From the NCBI GenBank assembly GCA_963842525.1, contig CAWJGT010000003.1:1312001-1376000 (forward strand): a DNA stretch of 64,000 bases. The letters are read 5' to 3'. This DNA comes from an uncultured Holophagales bacterium. GTDB taxonomy: Bacteria > Acidobacteriota > Thermoanaerobaculia > Multivoradales > UBA5704. The notes beneath the pieces were generated by a model. The model was not told where the DNA came from. It saw only the letters and a program-made list of their open reading frames with translations, and did no database searches. The position numbers were made by a program, and so were the translations under genes. This document shows positions 48,873 to 60,774 of this stretch, one piece after another; positions within the stretch are counted from its first letter, which is position 1, and each line of letters begins with the position of its first letter.

Positions 48873-50139
48873 ACATCCCGAAATTGCAGAGATCGTCGAC
48901 CCGCACCGCGGCGTGCCCGGTGCTGAAGCGTCCCTCCGTGCTCATGAGGACGGTGACCCAGCCCTGGGCATGGGTCTCGTCCTTGTGCCAGAGGTCGACC
49001 GACAGCCAGCCGTACTTGTTGCCGACGGGCAGCGCGCGGCTGCCGACGTCGACCTTCTGCGTGGTCAGCGGGAAGGCGTTGCTGTTGCGGACCTCGGTGG
49101 GGTTCTCCTCCTCGTCGAAGGTGACGAGCTGGAACTCGCCGAGAGGGGCCCAGGACGGACCCTGCGCGCAGTCGTGGCCGCCGACCGTGGCGTCGCGGTT
49201 GTCCCGCCAGACCAGCAGCTCGGTCTTGGCGAAGTCCCCGCGGTTCTGAAAGCGGGCGTAGTAGAGGCTGGAGAGCGGCGCCCGGTTGTCCCGCGAGTCG
49301 AAATCGACGTAGCGACCGTAGAAGGTGTAGTCGCCCGGCGCGAAGGCGTCGGCGTCCGCCACGATGTGCACGGCCGGCAGGCTCACCGCCCGGTTCTTCC
49401 GCTTGTCGGTGTAGAAGTATTCGCCCCAGAGCACGTTGGAGTTGCTGGCCAGGCCGGCGCCGCCGTCCGCGAAGTAGGCCGGATGCGCGGGCGTGTTCAC
49501 GATGGTCCCCACGCCGCGCGGTGTGCAGCGGCTGACGGCGTCGATGGTGATGTAGCCGACCGCAAGGCCCTTGCTCTTCCGGTCGCTGCCGAGGCACTTG
49601 GACGTCCCAACGGCGCCGGTCGGCTGGCCCATATGGGCGGCGCGCAATTGGATGCGGTCGACGCGGCCGAGCTTTCCGGCATTCTGAACGGGCTTGGCCT
49701 TCGGGTCCGCTCCGCCGCAGCCGGCGAACCCGGCGCCGGCCTGCGACAGGGTGCCCACGGGGCTGGTCGACGGGCTCGTGACCGGCAGGGTGCCGGCGAA
49801 CAGGTCGCGAACGTCGAGGCTCTGGGTGTCATAGCCCGTGAGATAAACGTCGAAGGCCAGGGTGGGGACCCCCCAGTCGGTCCACAGCACCACCCGCGCC
49901 ACGGTCGGCTTGGCCGAGGCGTTGTTGAGCGAGACGAGAGTCGTGGCCCCGTCCGGCTGGTCGGGGTCGACTTCGAAATAGGGGATCAGCAGAGTGGCGG
50001 CCGGCTGGTCCGACGTGCGGCAGGTCCCGGAGAGCACACCGGCCTGCGCGCTTCCGTCCACCAGCGCCAGGACAACGAAAACGGCCAGGAGCGCGAAGCT
50101 CCGTGGTGCGAACGTGACTCCGGTTAGACTATGAGGCAT
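48871..50139 (-). CDS. Secreted hypothetical protein
   Basis: Signal-like hydrophobic stretch ending AQA; PAATLLIPYFEV, LWTDWG and several Cys; strong GC3 bias. Start uncertain. Confidence 0.78.
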   Translation of the reverse strand: MPHSLTGVTFAPRSFALLAVFVVLALVDGSAQAGVLSGTCRTSDQPAATLLIPYFEVDPDQPDGATTLVSLNNASAKPTVARVVLWTDWGVPTLAFDVYLTGYDTQSLDVRDLFAGTLPVTSPSTSPVGTLSQAGAGFAGCGGADPKAKPVQNAGKLGRVDRIQLRAAHMGQPTGAVGTSKCLGSDRKSKGLAVGYITIDAVSRCTPRGVGTIVNTPAHPAYFADGGAGLASNSNVLWGEYFYTDKRKNRAVSLPAVHIVADADAFAPGDYTFYGRYVDFDSRDNRAPLSSLYYARFQNRGDFAKTELLVWRDNRDATVGGHDCAQGPSWAPLGEFQLVTFDEEENPTEVRNSNAFPLTTQKVDVGSRALPVGNKYGWLSVDLWHKDETHAQGWVTVLMSTEGRFSTGHAAVRVDDLCNFGM

Positions 50140-51070
50140 GAGCGACACTCTTCTTCAGATCGGTCGGTCCATATCTTCTGAGGCTCGAAGAGAAGGCCGG
50201 CCCGAATGGCTGCGGATCCGTCTCTCCACCCCGGCTTCATACCACCAGGTCCGAAACCTGGTTGATCGCCTGGGACTGCATACGGTATGCCAGGAGGCAC
50301 GCTGCCCAAACATCTATGAATGCTGGGGCGAGCACGGCACGGCGACCTTCATGATCCTCGGCGACGTCTGCACACGCCGCTGCGGCTTCTGCGCCGTCAC
50401 CTCCGGGAGGCCCCAGCCGGGCGTCGATCCTCTCGAGCCCGGGCACGTGGCCGAAGCCGTGGCCGTCATGGGCCTCCGTCACGCCGTGATCACCTCGGTC
50501 GACCGGGACGATCTGCCCGACGGCGGCGCCGGCCACTTCGCCCGCGTCATCGAGGCGATCCACGAGAAGAACGCCGGGACCGCGGTCGAAGTCCTCACTC
50601 CAGACTTCCGCGGCGTGCCGGACGCTCTCGACAAGGTGCTCGCGGCGGCGCCCGAGGTCTTCTCGCACAACACGGAGACGGTCCCCCGCCTCTACCGGCG
50701 CGCCCGGCCCGGCAGCCGTTACGACCGCACCCTCGGCCTGCTCGCCGAAGCGTCGCGGCGCCGCGACGCGGGCGGCTACGCCGGCCGGGTCAAGACCGGG
50801 ATCATGGTGGGCATCGGCGAGGCTCCCGGCGAGGTCGAGGCAACGCTGCAAGACATCCGGGATGCCGGCGTCGAGATCCTGACCATCGGCCAGTACCTCC
50901 AGCCCACGCCGAAGCACCTGCCGGTCGACCGCTGGGTCCACCCCGACGAGTTCGCGGCCTACCGCGAGCACGCCCTGTCGATCGGTTTTGCCCATTGCGA
51001 GTCCGGGCCGCTCGTGCGCAGCAGCTATCACGCCCACGAGCACGTGAAGCCCACGGCGGTTTTGACTTAA
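50138..51070 (+). CDS. lipA: Lipoyl synthase
   Basis: CQEARCPNIYEC, CTRRCGFC, ITSVDRDDL and LVRSSYHA motifs. Confidence 0.97.
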   Translation: MSDTLLQIGRSISSEARREGRPEWLRIRLSTPASYHQVRNLVDRLGLHTVCQEARCPNIYECWGEHGTATFMILGDVCTRRCGFCAVTSGRPQPGVDPLEPGHVAEAVAVMGLRHAVITSVDRDDLPDGGAGHFARVIEAIHEKNAGTAVEVLTPDFRGVPDALDKVLAAAPEVFSHNTETVPRLYRRARPGSRYDRTLGLLAEASRRRDAGGYAGRVKTGIMVGIGEAPGEVEATLQDIRDAGVEILTIGQYLQPTPKHLPVDRWVHPDEFAAYREHALSIGFAHCESGPLVRSSYHAHEHVKPTAVLT

Positions 51071-51993
51071 GTGCCGGCGCGTTCCGATGTATTTCCCGGT
51101 GCCGCGCTGACCCGCCACAGCCCGGCGACGATCAGCGCGAAGCCCAGCCCCTCGATCCACCCGAACGTCTCGCCCAGGAAGGCGGCGGCGAGCGCGGCGG
51201 TGACCAGGGGCTGGAGCGTGCTGTAGGCCGCCACCAGGGCAGGGGAGGAGCGGCGGACCGCCCAGGTGTTGACCGCGTAGGCGAAGACCGTGGCCAGCAG
51301 GACGATGTAGGCCACCCCCCACCAGGCCGCGGCCGGGACCGCGGCGTAGTCCAGCTTCACCAGGGCCGGCAGGCTGACGACCAGGACGGCGCCGCCGCCG
51401 AAGACGAACGAGGCGGCGATCAGCGTCCGCCACGGGATGCGCTGCAGCAGCGGCCTCTGGAGCACCAGGAACAGGGCATAGCAGAGGCAGTTGATCAGGA
51501 TCAGGAGGTTGCCCAGTGCCGTCCCCGGGTCGGCCGAGAAACGCAGCGGGTTGACCATCACCAGGGCGCCGGCCACCGAGAGCAGGATGCCGGCCAGGCG
51601 CCGGGACCCGATCCGCTCGATCCCCAGGAGCGCCGCGGCCGCGGCGGCAAACACCGGCATCGAGGGCATGAGGATCGACGCATTGGTGGCCGTCGTGTGC
51701 TGCAGGCCCGTGATGAAGAAGACCTGGTTGGCGAAGATGCCGAGCCCGCCGAGCAGCGCGAGGAGCGGCCAGTCGCGGCGCTCCGGGAGGCAGCGGTCGT
51801 GCCGCCAGGCGAGCACGGCCAGGAGTGGCGTGGCGAAGGCGATCCGCAGGCCGGCGAGGGCCAGCGGGGAGAGCGAGGAGAGGGTTGCCTTCGCCACCAC
51901 GTGGAAGCCGCCGAAGGCGAGTTGGGCCAGGAGGAGAGCGAGATGCACGCGCCAGCTCGGAGCGGCTTGAGGGGGAGCGTCCGGAGCGGCCAT
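51067..51993 (-). CDS. DMT/EamA family transporter
   Basis: About 10 TM segments in two EamA-like repeats. Confidence 0.9.
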   Translation of the reverse strand: MAAPDAPPQAAPSWRVHLALLLAQLAFGGFHVVAKATLSSLSPLALAGLRIAFATPLLAVLAWRHDRCLPERRDWPLLALLGGLGIFANQVFFITGLQHTTATNASILMPSMPVFAAAAAALLGIERIGSRRLAGILLSVAGALVMVNPLRFSADPGTALGNLLILINCLCYALFLVLQRPLLQRIPWRTLIAASFVFGGGAVLVVSLPALVKLDYAAVPAAAWWGVAYIVLLATVFAYAVNTWAVRRSSPALVAAYSTLQPLVTAALAAAFLGETFGWIEGLGFALIVAGLWRVSAAPGNTSERAGT

Positions 51994-52100
51994 GGCGGGC
52001 GCAAGGATATGCCGATTTGCGCCCCTGCCGGTCGGCCCGATACAATCCGGCCCGCCCCCTGGGCAGGCCTGCGACGGCTCCCCGGGCTCCCTGACAAGCG

Positions 52101-52550
52101 ATGATCGACACGACCTCGGAAGCCCGCATCCGCCCGCTCGATGAGCTCGACATCGGAGCCATCGTCGGCATTGATGAAAAGATCAGCGGCCAGTACCGGC
52201 CGGAAGTTTGGGAGCGCCGCATCGGTTATTACCTGCGGCGGGACCCGGAGGCCTCCGTGGTCGCCGAGTTGGGCGGCAAGGTCGTCGGGTTCATGCTGGG
52301 GGAGGTCCGCTCCGGCGAGTTCGGGCTCGAGGAGCCCACGGGGTGGATCGAGGTGCTGGGCGTTGATCCTGGCGCGCGGGGCAAGGCCCTCGGCCGCCGC
52401 ATGGCCGAGGCGATGCTCGAGCACTTCCGGGCCCAGGGCGCTCACAGCGTCCGCACACTGGTCGACGAGAATCAGGAAGAGCTGTCGAGCTTCTTCCGTT
52501 CCGTGGGTTTCGCGGCGGGAAGCCAGCGCGCTTTCGTCCGCGCCCTGTAG
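52101..52550 (+). CDS. GNAT family N-acetyltransferase
   Basis: VVGFMLG and WIEVLGVDPGARGKALGRRM (motif A); FFRSVGF. Confidence 0.88.
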   Translation: MIDTTSEARIRPLDELDIGAIVGIDEKISGQYRPEVWERRIGYYLRRDPEASVVAELGGKVVGFMLGEVRSGEFGLEEPTGWIEVLGVDPGARGKALGRRMAEAMLEHFRAQGAHSVRTLVDENQEELSSFFRSVGFAAGSQRAFVRAL

Positions 52551-52565
52551 TGAGATGGGAGAGAG

Positions 52566-53900
52566 ATGAGCTTCAGGACCGCGACTCTACCGAAGAATTT
52601 TCACAATGCCGTGCTGAAGTGGCGGGATACCTATATTCCGGACTACGACTACCTGCTCGAGAACTGGGACAAGCACTTCCCGAACGAGCCCCGGTTCGAG
52701 CTCTGCGCCTATCGCCAGCTCGGCATGTGCACCGAGGTCGAGTGCGGCGACATGAAGGGCAAGCCCAAGGCCATGCACGCCGCCGACCTGATGCCCGAGC
52801 AGGCGCATCACCTCTTCGGCGCCATCCGCGCCCAGGCTTCCACGGAGTTCGGCTCCATCCAGCAGCACCGGCTGACCCTGGCCCGCGCCCAGGAGGAAGA
52901 GGAGCAGTTCTGGATCCTCCGCATGATGGCCGAGGAGCTGCGGCATGGCTACCAGATGCTCCACCTCCTGGTCGAGGACGACTGGTCCTCCGTCTCCCAG
53001 GAGAGCGGCGCCGACCTCGTCGAAGACATCCTCTCGATGAACACCGGCTCCCACATCCTGGGGGCGTTCAACATCGACTTCGATTCGTTCGTCGACAACG
53101 TCGTCTTCTGCGCCCTGATCGACCGCGTCGGCAAGTACCAGCTCCAGATGCAGAAGATCAGCGCCTACCAGCCGATGGCCGAGAGCATGCCCCAGATGCT
53201 GCGCGAGGAGGCCTTCCACCTCGCGGCCGGCGTGGTGCCGATGCGGCGCTGGGCCACCGCCGCGGCGCAGGGCGGCACGTTCATCACCATGGCCGACCTG
53301 CAGAAGGCGATCAACAAGTGGTTCCCGCGCGCCATGGAGATGTTCGGCGACGAGCGCGGCGGCGGCACGAACGTGCGCTACGGCCTCAAGCCCATGAAGA
53401 ACTCCGAGGCGCAGCGGCAGTACTACGAAGAGGTCGAGAAGCTGGTCCGCGACCTGAATGTCCGCTACCTGCGGGCGCGCGTGACGACACTCTCCCACGG
53501 CGACTCCGAGGCGGCCCTGGACCGCATCCTCGCCGGCGAGACGGTCGAAGGGGTCCGCCGCGAGGACCTGCTGCAGCTTCCGCATCCGGACTACTTCCGC
53601 CGCCGCGGCGTGCCGGCCTTCCACATGACCGGCTGGAGCGGCGAGACCTGGACCGACCTGCCTGCCTATCTCCAGCATCTGGTCCAGACGCTGCCCGACG
53701 CCTACCGCGCCAGCCGCGACTTCAAGGACTACGTCCAGAGCCTCGCCGAAGTGGCCGAGGGGCTCACCACCGCCAAAGATGCCGCTGCGCGCATGCCCAG
53801 CCTGCGGCGGATGGCGGGGGCCTGCCCGTGCTCCAAGTCGGTGCGCTGGATCGCGGACGAAGCCCGGCCGGCGGCGACGCCGGCGACCACCACCGCCTGA
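52566..53900 (+). CDS. BoxB/PaaA-like di-iron (ferritin-like) aryl-CoA epoxidase-type protein
   Basis: QASTEFGS, EELRHGYQM, DRVGKYQL and EEAFHL parallel the BoxB di-iron ligand motifs. Confidence 0.72.
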   Translation: MSFRTATLPKNFHNAVLKWRDTYIPDYDYLLENWDKHFPNEPRFELCAYRQLGMCTEVECGDMKGKPKAMHAADLMPEQAHHLFGAIRAQASTEFGSIQQHRLTLARAQEEEEQFWILRMMAEELRHGYQMLHLLVEDDWSSVSQESGADLVEDILSMNTGSHILGAFNIDFDSFVDNVVFCALIDRVGKYQLQMQKISAYQPMAESMPQMLREEAFHLAAGVVPMRRWATAAAQGGTFITMADLQKAINKWFPRAMEMFGDERGGGTNVRYGLKPMKNSEAQRQYYEEVEKLVRDLNVRYLRARVTTLSHGDSEAALDRILAGETVEGVRREDLLQLPHPDYFRRRGVPAFHMTGWSGETWTDLPAYLQHLVQTLPDAYRASRDFKDYVQSLAEVAEGLTTAKDAAARMPSLRRMAGACPCSKSVRWIADEARPAATPATTTA

Positions 53901-53949
53901 TCCAGGCAGTCATCCAGAACCGACCGACAGTCGATCCGGGGGCCGAGAG

Positions 53950-54849
53950 ATGAGCGTGTTCAACCGCCTGCTCGTCACTGCTCTGCCCCTGGCGCCGAAA
54001 GCCATCGTCGGCCGGGTGGCGTCGCGCTACGTGGCCGGCGAGACGCTGGACCAGGCCCTCCAGGTCGTACGCAACCTCAACTCTCAGGGGGCCATGGCCA
54101 CCGTCGACGTCCTGGGCGAGGAGGTCAAGGAGCGGGACAAGGCCCTGGCCGCGGTCGACGAGTACGTCCGCGTCTTCCAGGCCATCGAAGAGCACAAGCT
54201 GGACTCCAACGTCTCCATCAAGCTCACCCTCCTCGGCCTCAAGATCGACGAAGGGTTCTGCCGCGACAACGTCGAGCGGATCGCCGCCGTGGCCAAGCAG
54301 TACGGCAACTTCGTCCGCATCGACATGGAGGACCACACCTGCACGGACGCGACGCTGCGGATCTACCGCGAGCTGCACGCCCGCCACGGCAACCTGGGGG
54401 CGGTCCTGCAGGCGTACATGCGGCGCACTCTCCAGGACATCTCCGAGCTGCCGCGGGAAAACCCCAGCGTGCGGCTGTGCAAGGGCATCTACGTGGAGCC
54501 GCGGCGGGTCGCCTGGAAGGGCTACGACACGGTGCGGGCGAATTACGTCCTGGCTCTCGAAAAGCTCCTGGCCAACGGTGTCTACGTCGGGATCGCGACC
54601 CACGACGAGTACCTCGCGGCCCAGGCGGTCGGCCTGCTCGACAAGCACGGCGTGCCGCGCGACCGCTACGAGTTCCAGATGCTCCTCGGGGTTGACGAGG
54701 AGCTGCGCCGCATCCTCATCCAGGGCGGCCACCGGTTGCGGGTCTACGTCCCCTACGGCCGGGACTGGTATCCCTATTCGATCCGCCGCCTGCGCGAGAA
54801 CCCCGAGGTCGCCGGCCACGTCCTGCGCGCGCTGCTCGCCGGCCGGTGA
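53950..54849 (+). CDS. Monofunctional proline dehydrogenase
   Basis: RYVAGETL, SIKLT, RIDMED, VRLCKGIY, IATHD, EFQMLLG and YVPYG..WYPYSIRRLRE motifs. Confidence 0.94.
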   Translation: MSVFNRLLVTALPLAPKAIVGRVASRYVAGETLDQALQVVRNLNSQGAMATVDVLGEEVKERDKALAAVDEYVRVFQAIEEHKLDSNVSIKLTLLGLKIDEGFCRDNVERIAAVAKQYGNFVRIDMEDHTCTDATLRIYRELHARHGNLGAVLQAYMRRTLQDISELPRENPSVRLCKGIYVEPRRVAWKGYDTVRANYVLALEKLLANGVYVGIATHDEYLAAQAVGLLDKHGVPRDRYEFQMLLGVDEELRRILIQGGHRLRVYVPYGRDWYPYSIRRLRENPEVAGHVLRALLAGR

Positions 54850-54863
54850 GCCCACCCTGGGCT

Positions 54864-57539
54864 TCAGGGGGGCGCCAGGATCTGGAGCCGGGCCGTGGGG
54901 ACGGCCTTCGTCACCGTCACCGTTCCGTCGCCGGTGCGCCGGAACCAGAGCATCGGCTCCATCTGGAGCTGCTCCGCCGGGCTGAGCTGCCACCAGACCG
55001 CGTCCCCTTCGAAGGAGCCCGTCCCGATATCGAAGCTGCCGGTCACGGGTGAGATCGGCCGGCCTTCGACTTCCCCGCGCGACGAGCGGTCCCCGAGGTC
55101 GATCTCCAGGACGCCGCGCTGCAGCCGATCGCCGGGCGGGAAGTCCAGGCTCCAGACGCCGAAGAGCTTCTGCTGCACCGGATCGATCACATGGAGGCCC
55201 AGCCGGTAGAGGCGCTCGCCGGCGTTGTCGGGCCGCAGCAGGACCGCCTCGAAGCGGACCCGCTCCTCCGCCGGGGCCGCCTGTTCCAGGTAGACGGCGC
55301 CGACGGGCAGGCGGGACGTCTCCACGCAAGCCCCTCGCTTGCCGGTCGCGGTTCCCAGGACCTGCACGTCCGACAGGACCGCCTCGCCCGTGTGGCCGAC
55401 CGCGAGGCTCTCCTTGCCCAGGCAGCCGAGGTCCAGGTCGAGGAGCCAGCCTCCGGCCGAGAGCGGCACCGTGCCCTCGGAGCCGGCCACCGACACGCGG
55501 CCGTTGTCGCTCAGGCTGAACAGGTGGACCTGGACCGTCCGGGGCGTGTCGGGTCCCAGGCCCGCCTCCCGGACCTCCTGGTCCAGGCGAGCCGTCAGGA
55601 CGCCGTTCCCGCGGTCGAGGCCGATCTCCAGAACGGCCGCTTCAGGCCAGGGCGTCTCCAGCCTCAGGTCGGCCAGGGTGGAGTCGTTGCGTGCGCGCAG
55701 CTCGTAGCGCCGGTTGCCCCAGAGGCGGGAGTAGCTCCCGGGGTTGTACCAGGGCTCGCTCAGCGTGTCCTGCCGCTGCGCATCCAGGTCTTTTTCGACC
55801 AGGGCATACCGGAAGAACGCCTTGGCCGCTCCGGGCGTCTCCACGTGGGAAGCGAACAGGCGCTCGCGATAGCGGATGCTCTGGTCGCGCATCAGGACGC
55901 CAAACCAATGCTGGCGCAGGCCCGGCGACAGATCGAGGAGGACCCACGCATTGGGCTTCAGCCTGGATGCCGCCGCCGCGGCGTCGATCAGCTCCTTGTC
56001 CACCACGAGACGGTTCTTGGTCACGTACGACACGGTCCAGAGCGTGTGCTTGGCATTGACGACGAGGAGGAGCAGGGCCGCCGCGGCAGCCAGGCCCCGG
56101 CGCCGGCGCGAGGGGGACCGCCAGACCGCGACGATCCCTGCCGCCACCAGCGCCAGGATCTGGGGTGTCATCGCCGAGACCGCCTTGAACCAGCCATAGG
56201 GATAGCCATGGGGCAGGTTGACCCCCCAGCGCTGCTGGGCGGCGAGGGCGACGCTGACCAGCAGCACGGTGCCCGTGGTGAGACGGGCGCCGCGCTCGAG
56301 CCTCCACCAGCCGTAGGCCGCCAGGCCGAAGAACACCAGCCCGAGCGCCATCAGGATCGGAAAAGGGACTCGCGGCCACGGCGCGCCGCCGTACGTCGCC
56401 GCTGAGACATGGGCGATCAGCCCCAGAGCCTCGATCACCGGCGGGAAGACCAGGATGTTCCCGCGTCCGACGTATTTCGCCCCTTCCGGAGCGAGGAGAT
56501 GGGAAACGAAGCCGAGCTCGGACCCGGCGCGGAAGAGAGCGACGCCGTTCCAGGCCACTGCCGCCGCGAAGGCCGCCAGCCACCAGAGGGCCGCCCGGCC
56601 CAGGGCCCGCCCGCGCGGCTCGCCGGGGCGGCGGAGCCAGACCACCCCCCAGCAGCCGAGGATCGCGGCGAGGGCATAGAGGGCGTAGACAGGGTAGACC
56701 GAGACCAGGGCGCTCAGGAGAAGCCCGAACAGCGCGGCCGTCCGCCACCCCGGCCGGCGCTGCGCCTCGACCCCGACACAGAGCACCAGGGGCATGAAGC
56801 CGAGGGCGATCGTCTGGGAGAGGAAGTTGTCGTAGGCCGGCCAGAGGAGCAGGTTGCTGAGCCCTGCCAGGGCCGCCGCCAGCAGCGCCCCGGCCCGGCC
56901 CAGGCGCAGGGAGACGCGCGCCCAGAGGAACACCGAGCCCGCGGTGAGGGCGAAGAAGAGGGCCGGCACCACGCTCAGCAGCTCGTAGCTGCGCCGGCCG
57001 GTGAGCAGCCCCAGGACGCCGACCAGCATCACGTCTCCGGCGCGGATCAGGCCGATCTGGGCCCGCACCCAGCCGAGGTAGGGCTTGCCCGCCTCGACGT
57101 CCGGGAGCCGCAGGGTGGAATCCTGCAGGTACTCTGAACGGACTGCATAGGAGATGCCGTCGATCGTCGCCCCGAGGGTCGTCAGGTATCCCAGGAGGAA
57201 GAGCGGCGCGGCGGCGATCAGAGAGGCGAGCAGGCAGATGCCGAGCGCCGCCTTGACCTCGCGGGGGACGCGGCGCAGGCGCCGGTCGCGGAGGACCGTG
57301 ATCCAGCCGGCCGCCGCCAGGCCCACGAACAGCCAGAGCCCCGAGCGCAGGGGGTACCCCGAGGCGCTGAGGTAGTGGCCCAGCGCCGAGATGAGCCCGA
57401 AGCCCAGAAAGGGGGCGATGAGCGGCAGGAAAGGCCGCCAGCGCCATGGTACGAGCAGCCGGGACAGGAGGAGCCCACACCCCCAGAGGAGGCCGGCCGC
57501 GGTCGCGGTGACGACGACGAGGTCGAGGATCGCTCTCAT
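54864..57539 (-). CDS. Large polytopic membrane protein, GT-C-like, with soluble C-terminal region
   Basis: MRAILDLVVV start; many TM segments, TIDGISY loop motif and a long hydrophilic tail. Confidence 0.75.
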   Translation of the reverse strand: MRAILDLVVVTATAAGLLWGCGLLLSRLLVPWRWRPFLPLIAPFLGFGLISALGHYLSASGYPLRSGLWLFVGLAAAGWITVLRDRRLRRVPREVKAALGICLLASLIAAAPLFLLGYLTTLGATIDGISYAVRSEYLQDSTLRLPDVEAGKPYLGWVRAQIGLIRAGDVMLVGVLGLLTGRRSYELLSVVPALFFALTAGSVFLWARVSLRLGRAGALLAAALAGLSNLLLWPAYDNFLSQTIALGFMPLVLCVGVEAQRRPGWRTAALFGLLLSALVSVYPVYALYALAAILGCWGVVWLRRPGEPRGRALGRAALWWLAAFAAAVAWNGVALFRAGSELGFVSHLLAPEGAKYVGRGNILVFPPVIEALGLIAHVSAATYGGAPWPRVPFPILMALGLVFFGLAAYGWWRLERGARLTTGTVLLVSVALAAQQRWGVNLPHGYPYGWFKAVSAMTPQILALVAAGIVAVWRSPSRRRRGLAAAAALLLLVVNAKHTLWTVSYVTKNRLVVDKELIDAAAAASRLKPNAWVLLDLSPGLRQHWFGVLMRDQSIRYRERLFASHVETPGAAKAFFRYALVEKDLDAQRQDTLSEPWYNPGSYSRLWGNRRYELRARNDSTLADLRLETPWPEAAVLEIGLDRGNGVLTARLDQEVREAGLGPDTPRTVQVHLFSLSDNGRVSVAGSEGTVPLSAGGWLLDLDLGCLGKESLAVGHTGEAVLSDVQVLGTATGKRGACVETSRLPVGAVYLEQAAPAEERVRFEAVLLRPDNAGERLYRLGLHVIDPVQQKLFGVWSLDFPPGDRLQRGVLEIDLGDRSSRGEVEGRPISPVTGSFDIGTGSFEGDAVWWQLSPAEQLQMEPMLWFRRTGDGTVTVTKAVPTARLQILAPP

Positions 57540-59323
57540 CCGCAACGTGGAGGACGGGGAAGAAAAAGGTCCGGGATGCGCATCGCAGAGCATCACTTTA
57601 ACAGATCGGGCGGCCTGGGCCCGGGCTGCGATAGAATGCGCGCCGTCGGCGTCCTGCGCCGGACCTCCCCGCGAGCCCAACCCGCCATGCCCTCCCTCCC
57701 GGATCGCACGCCTTCGAGCTGCGCCGCCGCGCGGATGGGCGCCGGCGAGGGGGCCTGGCTCGCCGCGGGCGTGCTGCTGCTCGCCGCCCTCCTCGCCGTC
57801 TGGATGGACCTCTCGCCGGTCCACCGCCATCACAACGCGGACTCGTTCGTCCCCATCCTGGCGAGCCTCTACCACTGGACACCCTTCTACTGGGCTCAGA
57901 ACCGCTTCGGCATGCTGGTCCCCCTGCTCGCCCTGCCGGTCGAGCACCCGTTCGGCAACCTCCTGGTGCAGGTTGCGCTGCGGATCTTCGCGGTCCTGCT
58001 GGCCTTCTTCCTGCTCGCCCGCGCCGCCGTGCCCCGGGCCTACTGGCCGGCCGTGGGCGCCCTGGCCCTCGTCCTCTTCCTCGGCGGCAAGGACCTGGCG
58101 GAGCAGAGCTTCATGTACATGCAGCCCTACGGGCAGTCGATCGCGCTGAGCCTCGGCGGGCTGCTGCTCCTGGAGCGCCGCGGTGGTCCCCCTTGGCCCC
58201 TGCGGCCCCTGCATCCCCTGGCGATGGCGGTCGGCCTGGTGCTCCTGGCCCTGGGTGCCTGGGTGGCGCCCTCGGACCTGCTCTGGCTGGTCCCCTTCCT
58301 CCTCCTCCGGAACGCCTTCGGCCTGGCTCCGGAGGGAGAGGAGGAAGCGCCTGACCGGCCCTGGCCCGGCCGCCTCATCCCCGGCCTGCGGACGCTCGCG
58401 CTCCTGGCCGCCGTGATGGCCGCCTTCGCGCTGAGCGTGCTCATCTCCTGGCTGGCACCGTACCACCTGACCTCCTTCGGCGTGGCTCCGCCGAGCGTCT
58501 GGCTGCCGGCCTGGCAGCGTCTCGTGGAGAGCGCCGCGTCCTACCTTACGCTGCCTGTGCTCGCCATCGTGGGCTCCCTCGTCGCCGTTCTCGCCGTCTT
58601 CGCTTTGCGGAATCGGAGCGCCCTGGCGGCCCGGCGGGCGCTCGCGGCCGGCCTCGTCCTGCTGGGCACGGCGCTGGCGCAGCTCGCCGCCCTGGGGATC
58701 ACCCGCTGGCTGCAGATGAACCAGCTCAGCACCCGCTATCTGACCCCCGGGTTCCTCGCCGTGGCGACGGCCCTGTCGGCCATGCTCCTGATCGCGGCCC
58801 TGGAGGGGCGGTCCGCGCGCTGGCACCGCGTTGCCAACGTCCTGGCGCTGGCGGCGCTCCTCGCCGTCGTTGCCTTCCGCTATGGCCCTCCCTCGGTCTC
58901 CCGGGCCCGGACTGCCCTCGAAGCCGGCCTGGGCCGCGACGCGCACGCCCTCGTCGCCGCGGAGTGCACGCACGTGATCGGGGATTACTGGCGGGTCTGG
59001 CCGGCCGTCTACCACGCCAACCTGATGCGCTGGGACAAGGGAGAGAGCCGGCCGGTCTGGGGCATCTCCTTCCGGGCCGAGCCGACCCGCGACCTGTGGT
59101 GGCAGGGGGACTGGGGCGGGGCCCGGATTGCGACCTTCCCGGGGGACCGCTGGGCCAGGACCTACCGGCGCAATTTCAGACTGCCACGCCTCTATCCGCG
59201 CGAGCGGGTCGGGACCGTGCGGGTCTATTCCGCCGTTCCGGCGCGCCCGGGCCCGAGGGATCCGGTCGTCCTTGCCGGGGCCCGGCGGCGTGCTATCGTA
59301 GCGCGCTGCTCGAAGGGGTCCCC

Positions 59324-60769
<1,446 letters not shown>

Positions 60770-60774
60770 GCGGC

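Noticed and set aside
54864-59015. 1383-aa minus-strand ORF
   Set aside because: The first ~490 codons are antisense to the plus-strand membrane gene; the real start is about 57539.
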